From Felis catus (taxonomy: Eukaryota), in the NCBI RefSeq assembly GCF_018350175.1, contig NC_058369.1:25918001-25982000 (forward strand): a DNA stretch of 64,000 nt. The letters run 5' to 3'. How positions within the stretch are numbered: the first letter of the stretch is position 1; each line of letters starts with the position of its first letter. Below, piece after piece: positions 52,184 through 64,000 of this stretch. The position numbers and the translations under genes are program-made. The notes beneath the pieces are model-generated. The model saw only the letters and a program-made list of their open reading frames with translations, searched no databases and was not told the origin of the DNA.

Positions 52184-54187
52184 TGCCCTCCCCCCGCCCC
52201 TGCTTTTTTTTAAAGCCTGTGAAGTATCATAACCAGACAGGTTCTTTGAAAGTAATCTTCCATGAATGGGCTGGGGCATGGATTGGATGGAGGCACCGAT
52301 CAATAATCCCTTGCACATGGCAGCACATGTTCACCATATCTTACTGCATGTGTTTACAGTGTTTACAGTGCTGCTCATTCAGGAGATTAAGCAGCTCTAT
52401 ATTTCTTCCTAAAGATTAAGCATGTTTCAGCCCAGATCTTGTAATACATAATTTACTACCCCTATCATGCAAGGACACTGAGATCAAGCCTATGAAAAAA
52501 ACAAGAACATTGAAAATAAGTGAAAAGCCGAAGGGACTGGGGGTGGGGGTGGGGGTGGGGGAGTAAAAGAACTTTTGCTGGTTGTGCTTCTTCCACTGTC
52601 TGCAGACACTCTTCACTTCATCTTTTCATTCTGGCCTCTTGAATTGGCCCAAGTACATCTAGGTAGCCAGACTTCATTTAGCAGAGATCAAAACCTCCAC
52701 TCTGAAATCACAGCCCACAGGGGCTTTTTTGTTTGTTTTTTATCCTGAATTCTTATGTGTGTAGTCATCCCATCATCGTGTTCCACATAGAATTTGAAGC
52801 AGGCACACCTGCTTGAACAGCATACCTGCCCTCTTAAATGGCAGGGATCCATTTCTGTGAGGCTGGGAACACTTCCTGGTGCCAGGCTCTTCAAGCAGCC
52901 AGGGAAGGAGCACCAAAGGCATTAAAAACCTCAGCCATTTCCACTCCTTGAATCCCAGGTTTCTGCCGTACATTACTTCACTATTTATCAAATCTTTGCA
53001 TAGTTATGCCATTGTGATTTTGGTTGAAAACTTGCTCTGAGGTAATTAGCCTATGCTTTTTTGACCACTCCCATCACACAGTGCCCCCCACCCCCTCCCC
53101 ACCGTGTACTCCTTAACTAAGTGTAAAGAGTTAACGTGGATATTTTTGATCAAATTTTTATTCCCCTTAAAAAGTCAGTATATATAAAGCTGATCACCTT
53201 TGCTTCTACAAACTAAATTTGGTATCATTTTAAAGTTGGACATTGTAACTTTGCACTTCATGTAGTTAATCACATTTTTTAAAAATCGATGACTGGGGCT
53301 GTGGGAGCCAGCACCTTCTAGGGGGCACCTCTACACCTCCCCACAGCCCCATTTCCCTCTTAGTTGATCCTAACACACCAGATGTTTTTTCTTATCAGTG
53401 CTTCAGCATGTACATGTTTTAATCCATGCAACACCAGCTAAATATTTAACCCCTAATGTTGGACAATGTTCTGATTTTCATCAATACCATATTTAAGTTT
53501 CAAGCAGTTTGAGATGGATGTTCAAATTGTACCTGTGGGTCAATGCTGCACTCTATTTGAATGTTTGTGCCCAACACAGGAGACTGTCCCTGACCCTCCC
53601 AGGCAGAGGTGGGCACTTCTTCCTGGACTCCTCCTTTGTACCTTTTGTACCATGGCTTGCTTCATATTCTTAACTGTTTACATGCCTGCCTTTCCTGTTG
53701 GGTCTAAACCTCTTTGACAGCAGAGGCCAATTTTTATTTATTTGCAAATCCCTGGTGTCTAGCACCATGTCTGTGTCTTTAGGGGAGTTCAGTAAACATT
53801 TGATGCAAAAAAAAAAAAAAAAAAACAACCCACAAAAACAAAACCATGAGATGTTTATCCTGTCATTTTCTCGGAACATTTCTCTCTCTTTCTCTCTCTC
53901 TGCAACTATAAAACGGTTTACTTTACAAGGTCATTTGTAGGATTTCTGACTGCAGAAATAAAGTGATAGGTAAGAGTTTCCACACCAAAAGGATCACTCC
54001 AAATACTACATAGCCAGCATATCTGACGTGATTCTTCAAATCCATTTGTCTGATACATTGTACAAGTTATAATCAAAGGAATGGACCTTTTTGCTCTGAG
54101 AAAATGATATGATGAATAGGTCCATTATATCTTAGAGAATCCATGAATCCATTTGTTAAGTCATGCAACTTTAGAAAAAAGAAAAGC

Positions 54188-54395
54188 TTTATATATATAT
54201 TTTTTAATGTTTATTTTTGAGAGAGAGAGCATGAGTGAGGGAGGGACAGAGAGAGAGGGAGACACGAGGATCCAAAGCAGGTTTGGTGCTGAGAGCACAG
54301 AGCCCAATGCTGGGCTTGAACTCACTCAAGAACTCACGAGATCATGACCTGAGCTGAAGTTGGGACACTCAACCGACTGAGACACACAGGCACCT
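54188..54395 (-). mobile_element. Can-SINE
   Basis: Antisense body; TSD-like gaaaagcttt. Confidence 0.88.
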
Positions 54396-54586
54396 GAGAA
54401 AAGCTTTCTATTTTAAATTAGGTGGTGGGTGAATTACATACGTGTTGTGTCCACATAAAGCCCTTATTTTCGGTGAAGATGACGAAGTGCCCTGATAGCA
54501 CCTGGAGAAAATAGTGCCTTCTATGTGCTCAAGTTATCTGTCTTTGAATACTTAAAATAACATTTGTTTTTCTGGTCTCAAAATCT

Positions 54587-55255
54587 ATTTGTTTGTTATG
54601 CATTGTCCTATAACAAATTAGCCCCAAATTTATCAGCTTAAATAGCAAACATTTATTTACTTTTTTTATTTTTTAAAGATTTATTAAAAAAATTTTTATT
54701 TTAGAGAGCATGCACAAGCGGGGGAGAGGGGCAGAGGGAGGGAGGGAAGGGGGGGAGAGAGAGAGAGAGGGAGAGGGAGAGAGAGAGGGAATCTTAAGCA
54801 GGCTCCACACTCAGTGCAGAGCCTGACACAGGCCCTGATCCCATGACCCTGGGATCACGACCTGAGCCACACAACCAACTGAGCCACCAAGGCACCCCAA
54901 AATAGCAAATTTTCTTATCAGTTTCTGAGGACCCAGGAGCTGGACAGTTCTGGACCAGGGTCTCATGAAGTTGCAATCAAGCTGGGCCTGGAGAATTCCT
55001 TTCTAAGCTCATTCAGGTGGCTGTTAGCCTAAGGCTTCAGTTCCTCACCATAGGGCCACTCAGACACAGCAGCTGGCTTTTCCCCAGAACAAGTGATGGA
55101 AGTCTTTTGAATCTCTAAAGTGACACACCATCACTCTGCTATATTTGGTTGGTTACACAGACTAACCCAGTTACAGTTTGGGAGGGTTAATCAAGGGCAT
55201 GGATACTAAGAAGCAGCAGGGGTCACTGGGAGCCAGTTTGGAGACTGATTCCTCA
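54587..55255. mobile_element. MLT1-type (ERVL-MaLR) solo LTR interrupted by an antisense Can-SINE (54655-54898)
   Basis: ataacaaattagccccaaatttatcagcttaaatagcaaac...gtctcatgaagttgcaatcaag...gggtcactgggagcc resembles MLT1; SINE TSD aaatagcaaa. Confidence 0.75.
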
Positions 55256-56447
55256 CCTAATTTCTCGTTAGGAAACCTAGATTGTTGGCAGACTTTATGA
55301 AATGTATCAAAACAGACAAATTAAGAAGGCTTTTATAAGAACTACATCTTTCCCTCATTTCATTGATTTTATTGATTCTAAATGAGTTGTAGAAAGTCCA
55401 AAACAAGACAGCACTTAGGAAATGTATTTCTTTGGGTGATGAATTCTCAAGCTTGTGCTCCCTCAAGGTAACTGTCATACCTGTAAGCTAAGTTCAGAAG
55501 CTTTTATCAAGATTTCTCAAAGTAGATATTTTAAAACTAACTATGTCCGTCTTCAACCATTATGTGAAAAACTAAGGGAATAGGTTTTAATGGTAACTCT
55601 GGGCTGGGTGCAGCTCTCATAGCTTACCCCTCCTTCCCTACGCTGTAATTGCTTTTTCCTTCTTTGCCTTCCACCACTAGACTCCTGGGGCTTAACTCAC
55701 TTCGGTGCATTTAGAGCTTAGTACAGTGCCTAGCACATATTCAATGCCCAACAAATACTCATTGGATAAAGGAAGTAGAAATCGTCTTAAGGTGGACTTG
55801 AAACACTACTTTCTAGTTGTTAGTGGTAGTCACTGGTGGATAGTATGATGGTGTGCTCACTGATCTGGAATGAAATCGATTAGTCCCAGCAAACATTCTC
55901 TTGCCATGGATGTAAATTTGACGGTAGAGGAAGACTTTGTTTTTTTTACAGATTTTTGGCCTTATTTAAAGTATACACAAAAACTCCAATGAGAAAAGCT
56001 GGGCCTAGTTTTTATCAATTACCAAGTAGAAAGGTACTGAATAAGCATTTATTCAATAATAAATGCTTTGTCTCAAGGTTTTAAGGTGGCCTACACAGAT
56101 ACCTAAAATATAGCATAGCGTGGTTGAAACGATGGGGGAGAGGGAAAGAAGAAAATAAGAATGAGGATATAAAATTGACTGAAAATTGAGAGGGAAAAAA
56201 CAAGGTTTAAAAAAAAAAGGCATGGTATGGTCCACTCAGTTTTGCAGTGAACCTAAAATTGCCCTAGAAAATAGTCTTTTAAAAAAGATGTATGCTATAT
56301 GATATAGGAAGTCCTGAGTATCTTCTTTTCAAAAGTATTCAAAGTAGAAGAAAGAGATTAACACCATTTGTCAAAACTGGAAAGGGTAATGGGGATTCGT
56401 TATACTATTTGCTCTACTTTTATATATGTTTGAAATTTCCCACAATA

Positions 56448-56666
56448 GTTTATTTTTTTAATGTTTATTTGTTTATTTTTGAGAGAGACAGAGACAGAAT
56501 GCGAGTGGGTTAGGGGCAGAGAGAGAGGGAGACACAGAATGTGAAGCAGGCTTCAGGCTCCAGCTGTCAGCACAGAGTCCGATGCGGGGCTCGAACTTAC
56601 GAGCCGTGAGATCATGAGCTGAGCTGGAAGTCAGACGCGCAACCAACTGAGCCACCCAGGTGCCCC
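56448..56666 (-). mobile_element. Can-SINE
   Basis: TSD tcccacaatagttt. Confidence 0.92.
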
Positions 56667-56839
56667 TCCCACAATAGTTTTTTTAAGTGTGTTTTAAAAT
56701 GTACAGCAATCATACTTTTTTTAAGTAGTGTTTTTATTCGAGTGGGCATTTTTAGTATTTTTATTCAAGTCAAGAATTGGACTTAGTACTAATTCTTACC
56801 AAAATCCTCGACATCGTATTAGCTAATCGTATCCAGGAT

Positions 56840-57543
56840 AAGAATGCAATATAGGGGCCAGAAAGGAAAACACAAATATGTCATTCTCAGGTCTTTTAAT
56901 GATCTATACAGAAAACTTAAAGACATGAATGATTAGGACTTAAAAGAATTGAATAAAGGTGTCTCAGTGTAAGATAAGCATACAAATATCACTAGTGTTG
57001 CTAAATGCCAGTAACAACTAGTTTTACAATGTAACGGAAAAACAGGGCCTATGTATGATAACATCAGAAACTATGAACTACCTGGAATAAAGCTTTGAAT
57101 CAATAGACAAATATGCTATGATCATGAAGGGGCAAGGCTCAGTATCTTAAAGATGTCAATTCTCCCAAAATTAATTTATAAATGTAATTCCAATGTGATT
57201 TTTCTTTGACAGCATACATAAAGAACTGATAAATTTATGAGGAAATTTAAAGTTTCAACAATTACCAAGAACTTCTGCAAAAGAGAAGGGACAGACTTTG
57301 CTCCATCAAATTTCAAGGCTTCTAAGAAAGCTATAATGATTTAGTGTATAATATTATATGCTAATAATATTAAAGCAGAGATAGAGACAGATATCCACAT
57401 ACAGCAGAACAAAAGAGCTCAGAAATCAAGCCACTGTGGAATCTTGGTATGTTGTAATATAGGTCTCATTGCATTATAAATCATGGAGAAATAATGAACA
57501 GTTTGAGGACAGTTGTTTTTCTGTATAGAAAAAAAAACAATCT

Positions 57544-57545
<2 letters not shown>
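56840..57545 (+). mobile_element. Degenerate old L1 ORF2 remnant
   Basis: aagatgtcaattctcccaaaattaatttataaatgtaattccaat is L1 ORF2-like; many stops. Confidence 0.7.
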
Positions 57546-57586
<41 letters not shown>

Positions 57587-57601
57587 ACAGAACAAATGCA
57601 T

Positions 57602-57990
57602 AGGTGCGTAGGTGGCTCAGCTGGATGAGCCTCAGGCTCTTCATTTTGGCTCAGGTCCGGGTCCCAGGGTGGTGGGATCATCGGACGTCATGCTGAGCGT
57701 GAAGCCTGCTTAAGATTCTCTCCTTCCCTCTGTTCCCCGGCCCCCCAAGCAGTCTGCTAAAATAAAAAAATAGGGGTGCCTGGGAGGCTCAGTTAAGCGT
57801 ACAACTTCAGCTCAGGTCATGATTTCACGGTTTGTGAGTTCAAGCTCCACATCAGGCTCTGTGCTGACAGCTTGGAACCCACTTTGGATCCTCTGTCCCT
57901 CTCTCTGCCACTGAACACTCTGAGTGTTCACTCACTGTCTCTTTCTCTCTCAAAAATAAACATTAAATAATAAAATAAAAAATAATAAAA
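57602..57990 (+). mobile_element. Two tandem Can-SINEs (starts ~57602 and 57773), preceded by (CA)n at 57547-57590
   Basis: Two heads with A tails. Confidence 0.85.
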
Positions 57991-57995
57991 ATTTT

Positions 57996-58275
57996 AGTCC
58001 GAGAAAGACAAATACATGACTTCACTCTTGTGAGGAATTTAAGATACAAAACAGATGAACATAGGGGAAGCAACAGTAATATAAAAACAGGGAGGACAAA
58101 ACATAAAAGACTCTTAAATATGGAGAACAAACAGAGGGTTGCTGGAGGGGTTGTGGGAGGGGCCATAGGCTAAAATAGGTAAGGGGCTTTAGGGAATCTA
58201 CTCCTGAAATCATTGTTGCAACATGTGCTAACTTGGGTGTAAATTAAACAATAAATAAATTAAAAATAAAAATTT
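57996..58275 (+). mobile_element. 5'-truncated carnivore L1 3' end with A-rich tail
   Basis: agtccgagaaagacaaatacatg...aaacataaaagactcttaaatatggagaacaaacagagggttgctggaggg...aataaataaattaaaa. Confidence 0.85.
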
Positions 58276-59196
58276 AAGATAATTAACATCAAGTAAATTA
58301 AAGACAAATTATTAGTGAGAAAAGAGGGTGGGACAAGTAATTTTATGACCTTGGTGTTGAGTCAACTTATGAAGGTAAAAATAAATTCAACTATATTAAC
58401 GTTAAAAACTTAATGTTTTAAGTTTTAAGTTTAATGCATGTAAAACATCTAAAAAAAATTAAAAACGCATTTGCCTTTTTAAATTTTTTTAGATGTTTTA
58501 TGTGCATCTTCACAGTCCCACCCACAATAAATTATATTGTTTTTCTACACCTTTGCTGACACTTAGCATTGTCAGACCTTCAATTTTTTTCACTGTGAAG
58601 ATGCATGTAAGTGCAATAAGGCTATAAATAACTATATGTCTGTTCAGGACAGGATTTTCTGCCAAATGAGTTTTGGTGCCAAACCAGAAAACTTGGTTTC
58701 AGAGCCTTTTGGATTATGGGCCTGTATCAAAAAAAGGAAAATGGACTAGCTTTATGAAAACCTCAGCATGTTGCCCTTATTTTTCTCAGGTCTCCCTAGA
58801 CCACCGGAGGCTGTTCTAACGGTTGGACATTTGGGGTTTTCTAACGGAGGCCAAGACAAATCTTTACATGCTTCCCCACCTTTCTCTAGCTCCCTCATCG
58901 GGCAGCATCTTATAATGGCAAGTATTCCTTGCCACTGGATCCTAGGTCCTTGAATCTCTAACTGCATCTGTCCTTGTTTTGATCTAGCCAGGACTCAACT
59001 CTTTCCATGAGGGCTCTTCAGTTACTGGAATGCACCTCTCCAAGCTGGCCCAAGGCCCAATGAGCTTGGCTCCCTCACTTCTCAAGTGACAAGGTTGCCC
59101 TCCATGCTCAGTGCCTCAGTGTTTTCAAGAAGGTTCTCAGAAGGATCTGAACTGCTGAGCATGGTGGGATTGGTCAGTTCAAAACAGCTTCCTGTC

Positions 59197-59390
59197 AGGG
59201 CTCAGTGGGTTAAGCATTTGACTCTTGATATTGGCTCAGGTCCTGATCTTGAAGTCGTGAGATTGAGCTCTGTGTTGGACTCTGTGCTGAGGATGGAAAC
59301 TGCTTCGGATTCTCTTTCTCCTTCTCTCTCTCTGCCCTTTCCTTGCTCATGCTCTCTCTCTCTCTCTTAAAATAAACATTAAAAACAAAC
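59197..59390 (+). mobile_element. Can-SINE
   Basis: TSD aaaacagcttcctgtc/aaaatagcttcctgtc. Confidence 0.9.
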
Positions 59391-60580
59391 AAAATAGCTT
59401 CCTGTCCGTGCATACTGAAGGAGCATTAGATATTTGAACAACCAAATCATGTTGTTGGCTCGCATTGTTTCAGGAACAAATGACTTCTCTGAAGAGCAGC
59501 CTGAGAAATTGGAAGGGGGCAAGACTTGCAAACAGGCTTTGACAGGCGGGAAAGATTTTATTGGGGCCATAACAGAAAGGCATTGCAAGGGGAAGGTAGG
59601 AAAGTGTTTAATTGTTTTCATGTACACTGGAGCTGCCCTGGGGGGAGAGCTAGGTTTGGGCGACACTGGGAACAGGGGATTTCAGGTGGGAGAAATGGCT
59701 GAGGCAGAGGGACCTGGGTGTGCACCCGAACTGTGCAAAGGCTGCCCCCGCTGCAGGGAGGATTCATGCTTTTGGTGGTGAGGAGCCAGCAAATTGGCCT
59801 AAGCAGAAAGGGAATTTGTCATGAGGCAGTGCCACAGGACATTCCTGTTTCTGTTCAGTCCCTGCCGGCCACCTTCCAAAATTCCCTGGACAGCATCCAT
59901 GCTCTCAACCCCTGAGGCACTTTTTCTGTGACCCTCTTCCTATGCCTGGAGTTACCTGAGTGTAACCCGGAGTTACCCTTCCTACCTGAGTGTAACTTCT
60001 CTCCCACATTAAGCCGTGAGCTCAGGAGGCAGGGCTGTGCCTCCCTCTCCCTTGCTGCCTTCCAGCCCCTGCGGCCCTGGGAAGCCTGTCTTGAGAGTTT
60101 CAGATTTCCTCCATGTTGGCCCTGCTTTCGCATCCCCATGGGGAAGGACCCAAGTTCCCCTTCCGTGTTATCTTCTCCAGTCCCTTACAAAGATTCCAGC
60201 CTTGGGCTGGGCATTTATTGCATCTTTATGATGAAGGCTCTTATCCAAGCAGGATGTTTTCCATTCCGGGAAGCTTCAGAGGGTTCAGAGTGACCCATGG
60301 GGTGAAGAATGAGGTGACCACAAGTTTCTCCGGTTCCTGGGCAGTTAAGCACAAGAAAAGGAATTAGACCTTTTGCTTGGCTTCTCTGAACACCAAGCCA
60401 AGCACCTTAGTTAATTAAGCACAGGTGTACTTCCTTTTCTTTGTAACTTTTTATTTTGTGATTTCAGATGTACAGAAACATTGCAAGAATAGCACAAGGA
60501 ACTCACATTTACCCTTCATCCAGATTTACCAATTATTTACACTCTGCCCCATTTGCGTTCTCACTCTCTATGTATTTATG

Positions 60581-60618
<38 letters not shown>

Positions 60619-61340
60619 TTTTTTTATGAACTGTTGAGAAAGTCAACTCATCCATCGTGTTTCTTTCCCCCAGTAGGCTTTAGTGTGTATTTTCTAGAAA
60701 CAAGGACGTTCACTTGGCTTTTTTACTCCTTACGAGGAATGCGCTTTCTTGGCTCTGACAGGCGTTTACTTGAGAAGTTGGGGGAGGGAGGTTCTCGTGA
60801 ATTTGAAGGATTTAGTGGCACTGTTACAGCGTCCCTTTCCTCCTGACTAGACCTTGCAGTGACAGAAGCCCACACCACAGGGTGGGGCTGAATCCTCTTC
60901 TTGGAAAAGTCTGCCTGTTGTTTTCTGGGTGAAAATGTGAGCCTCATCACAGCACCAAAACCAGGCATGATTGGGGAAGTGGCATCAGTTAAGCAAGCCA
61001 GTCTCAGACCTTGGCATGTGTTTGCTGTGTGGTGCCAGAGGCCAGGAGAGGCCAGGAGGCACGTTGCCCCAGTGAAGGAAGGTTTGTCTTCCACCTTTCA
61101 TCTTCTCTTGCTGCCACTGGTGGCCGCTGCACTCCTCACCCCGGCACCGAAGCTGTCTTCTTGCTGTCATCACCTGTAGCTGGGGTTTTCACTTCCCTCT
61201 TGCTCCTAACCAGGTTCCCAGAGATTTGGGGATTCGGAGGCTCCCGGGAGACCCGTGCGCAACTGCCCTTTTTAGCATCCCCAAGGTTTTGCTGATGCCT
61301 GGTTGACAGAGGACCATGTAGATCAACCTTTTCCTTTTCC

Positions 61341-61559
61341 TTTTTTTTTTTTTTAACATTTATTTATTTTTGAGAGACAGAGAGAGACAGAGCGTGAGTG
61401 GGGGAGGGGCAGAGAGAGAGGGAGACACAGAACCCAAAGCAGGTTCCAGACTCCGAGCTGTCTGCACAGAGCCTGATGTGGGGCTCAAACTCATGAACCG
61501 TGAGATCATGACCTGAGCCGAAGTCGGACGCTTAACCGACTGAGCCACCCAGGCGCCCC
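61341..61559 (-). mobile_element. Can-SINE
   Basis: TSD aaccttttccttt. Confidence 0.92.
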
Positions 61560-61908
61560 AACCTTTTCCTTTTTCTGCTTATAAAAGTCATAACTGCTTA
61601 TTGCAAAAGAAAATTCATAAATGTGGGCAAATATGAAGAAGTGACACAGATCACTTGTAAGTCTACTGGAGTCCTGGTGTCCATCCTTTCAGAGTCCTGG
61701 TGTCATGGAACAAGTGTCATGTGTAGCTAGGAATCCACACCCGGGGGTTGTCAGAACTAGACCTATTTCTGGCTCTGCCATTACTACCTGAGTAAGGGGA
61801 CCAACTTTTGAGACCCACTTTCCTCATCTATAACATGGGATAATAATAGTACCTGGTTAAAGAAGCTAATGCATGTCGAGGGCTTAGTTCAATGCCTGAC
61901 ACAAAGTA

Positions 61909-61997
61909 TTACCAACAAATGTTAGTTCTAGAAACCAAAACTGACTCATGCCTTACCAACAAATGTTAGTTCCAGACAACCAAAAATGACTCATGCC
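61909..61997. repeat. 44/45-bp tandem duplication, each copy with a TGACTCA motif
   Basis: ttaccaacaaatgttagtt...tgactcatgcc occurs twice. Confidence 0.9.
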
Positions 61998-62039
61998 ATA
62001 CCACCATATGGCAGCTAGCTGTCTTCTCTTAACAGTGGT

Positions 62040-62610
62040 TTATTCATTCAAGAATTTTTTTTTTTTTTTGAGCACCCATTCCATGCTAGGCATAGTTCTA
62101 AGTACTCGCAAGTTAACCAAACAAAATCCTCGCCCTCATGGGACTTACACTCTAATGGGGATAGAGAGAGTTAACAAACTTGGATATATGATAAAGTATG
62201 TCATGGTCTGATAAATGATCTAAAGGAAAATTCAGCACGGAACTGCAGATGGGGACCCCCTGGCAGGTTGCTATTTTCTATCAAGTGGTCAGAGAAGGCC
62301 TCTTCGAAAAGGCAGCATTTGAGCAGAAGTCTGAAGGAAAGGAGGGAGCTGCATGGATATCTGGCAGAGGGTACAGCATGTGCAAGAGTCCTGTGGCAGG
62401 AGCATGCTTGTCATGTTTCAGGGCAAGCCGAGTTCAGTGTGGCCAGGACAGAGTGAGTAAGGAAGAGAGGGGCCAGAGGGGAGGTCAGAAAGGTAGTGCG
62501 GACCCAACTGTGTTGGGCCCTAGAGGCCACCGTAAGGATCATAGCTGTTCTTCTGAGTGAGATGGGGACTCGGGAGAGTTGAGGAAGAGGAGTGATATAA
62601 TCTGGCCCTC
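62040..62610. mobile_element. L2 remnant (other probable L2 pieces near 8765-9060, 10840-10985, 34360-34570)
   Basis: cattcaag...gagcacccattccatgctaggcatagttctaagtact...ggtcagagaaggcctc...tttgagcaga is typical of L2. Confidence 0.7.
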
Positions 62611-64000
62611 AGTTAATCTCAGTGCTTGTGTGTCACAGTTAAATGAACAGCCAGACACCTCCTTGGACTCCGTCAACCAGCAACCCCCACGCCGCCCTAC
62701 CCGGTGGGCCCCTCCTCCCTAGAGCATCACTCAATCCACAGCCGGCCTGATGTGATGCTGGCCACGCGTGAAACCTCACATCCTGTTTCTCTGGATGGTA
62801 CTTCCATCCAGGCAACACACCCAGATGCTTTCAGGCCAAGCTATGTGTCCAGCCTTACTGCCAACTGTCACGAGCCATGCAGCTAATGGCCTACCATCAC
62901 CTGAGCTCTTGCCATAAGCCAGGCGCCCTACTGCGGGGGCTCGTTCAATCCTCGCAGCCACCCTGCTGTGCAGCCACTGTCCCTCTCCCTTTTGCATCTG
63001 GCACCACAATCCATCTATCTCACACGAGGTCCTGAAGCTAGCAGGCAGGGAAGCCAGGACCCCAGCTCAGTCTGCCAGACTCCCAATGATGGGGACAGTG
63101 AGGGACAAAGCAGAAAACCGCAGTGTGTGGCACACCACTACGACCAGACAGCAAGAGAGAAGGCTGAAGTGTTCCTTGTCCTTCCCCCAGGCTCTCGCTC
63201 TACTGAGAAAAGTGTCTGAGAAAGCATTTTGCAAGTTTGTGTAAAGCATTACACAAATATGAGAGCAGTTACAAAGATCCTTAGAGCCTGAAATCCCAGG
63301 TTCTGGTTGGGCTCCTGACTTTTCTGATAGCTGCCTCCTCCTAGGCTCTGGCTTGTCAACCCCAAACTCCTGAACTCCCCCAAACCTAAGCACATCCCCC
63401 AGCTTTTCCTTTGCCTTCCTTGAAACAAAGCAGGTCTTTTATAAAGCGAGGGAGGGGTGTGCGGCAGCCTTGCTTTGGGGAACATGCTTTCACCTCCTTC
63501 CAGTTCATTGTTTTCATACAAAATTCCAGACGCACAGGGCAGGCGAACAGAAGTCTCATTCATGGCCAGCGGGCCCCCAGGCTGGTGTGCTTCCCGCCTC
63601 CTTCCCCTCGCGGTCTTGTACTGAACTTGTAATCTACAGAAGGCCATGGAGCTAGGCTCAGGGCAGAACAGATTTTGTTCATTGCTGATGGGGGCAGGAG
63701 GGCATCCCCTTGGAGGCTACGTGGCGTAGGGGACAGAGCCCTAGATTTGCTTGCTGATAGGCTAGACCCGATGGATACCTGTTTCCGCCAATCCCTTGTC
63801 AGATGGCCGTGGATGAGCCACCTTCCCCTTCTCCTTTGAAAATGTGGTTCTCCGAACCTTACCCTGCCCAGTGCTCCTGACGGCCACCACCTTTCATCAG
63901 AGTCGACATGGGCTTCTCATGCAACTCCACACCTCCTTCTTCCCACTTGGGTTAAGTGGGCATAGAGCTGAGCGTGAGGTCCTGATGGATCTGCTAAATC

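Noticed and set aside
59379..63655. Cluster of 60-130 aa ORFs on both strands
   Set aside because: Expected from higher GC content; they overlap in several frames, show no recognisable domain, and several lie in SINE, L2 or MIR remnants.

Overview
This is AT-rich mammalian genomic DNA from a felid, most likely domestic cat or a close relative, judged by many tRNA-derived Can-SINEs including young SINEC_Fc-type copies. It holds the 3' half of SLMAP (sarcolemmal membrane-associated protein, a tail-anchored coiled-coil STRIPAK component) on the + strand. Ten internal coding exons (1110-44012) splice in frame at canonical AG/GT sites. They are followed by two alternative tail-anchor exons (TM1 at 46064, TM2 at 47565) and a ~1.8 kb 3'UTR ending near AATAAA 49450. 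The rest is intronic or downstream sequence rich in SINEs, L1/L2/MIR remnants, MER20, MER58, an MLT1 LTR and microsatellites. Nearly all ORFs in the supplied track are spurious. I found no wholly new biological system. The best leads concern SLMAP isoform control: a perfect 22-bp tandem duplication of an exon end plus its splice donor, candidate anchor-less C-termini, a candidate pair of frame-complementing micro-exons, and an intronic CArG+MEF2 muscle module upstream of an internal Met. Repeat boundaries and family names are by eye and approximate.
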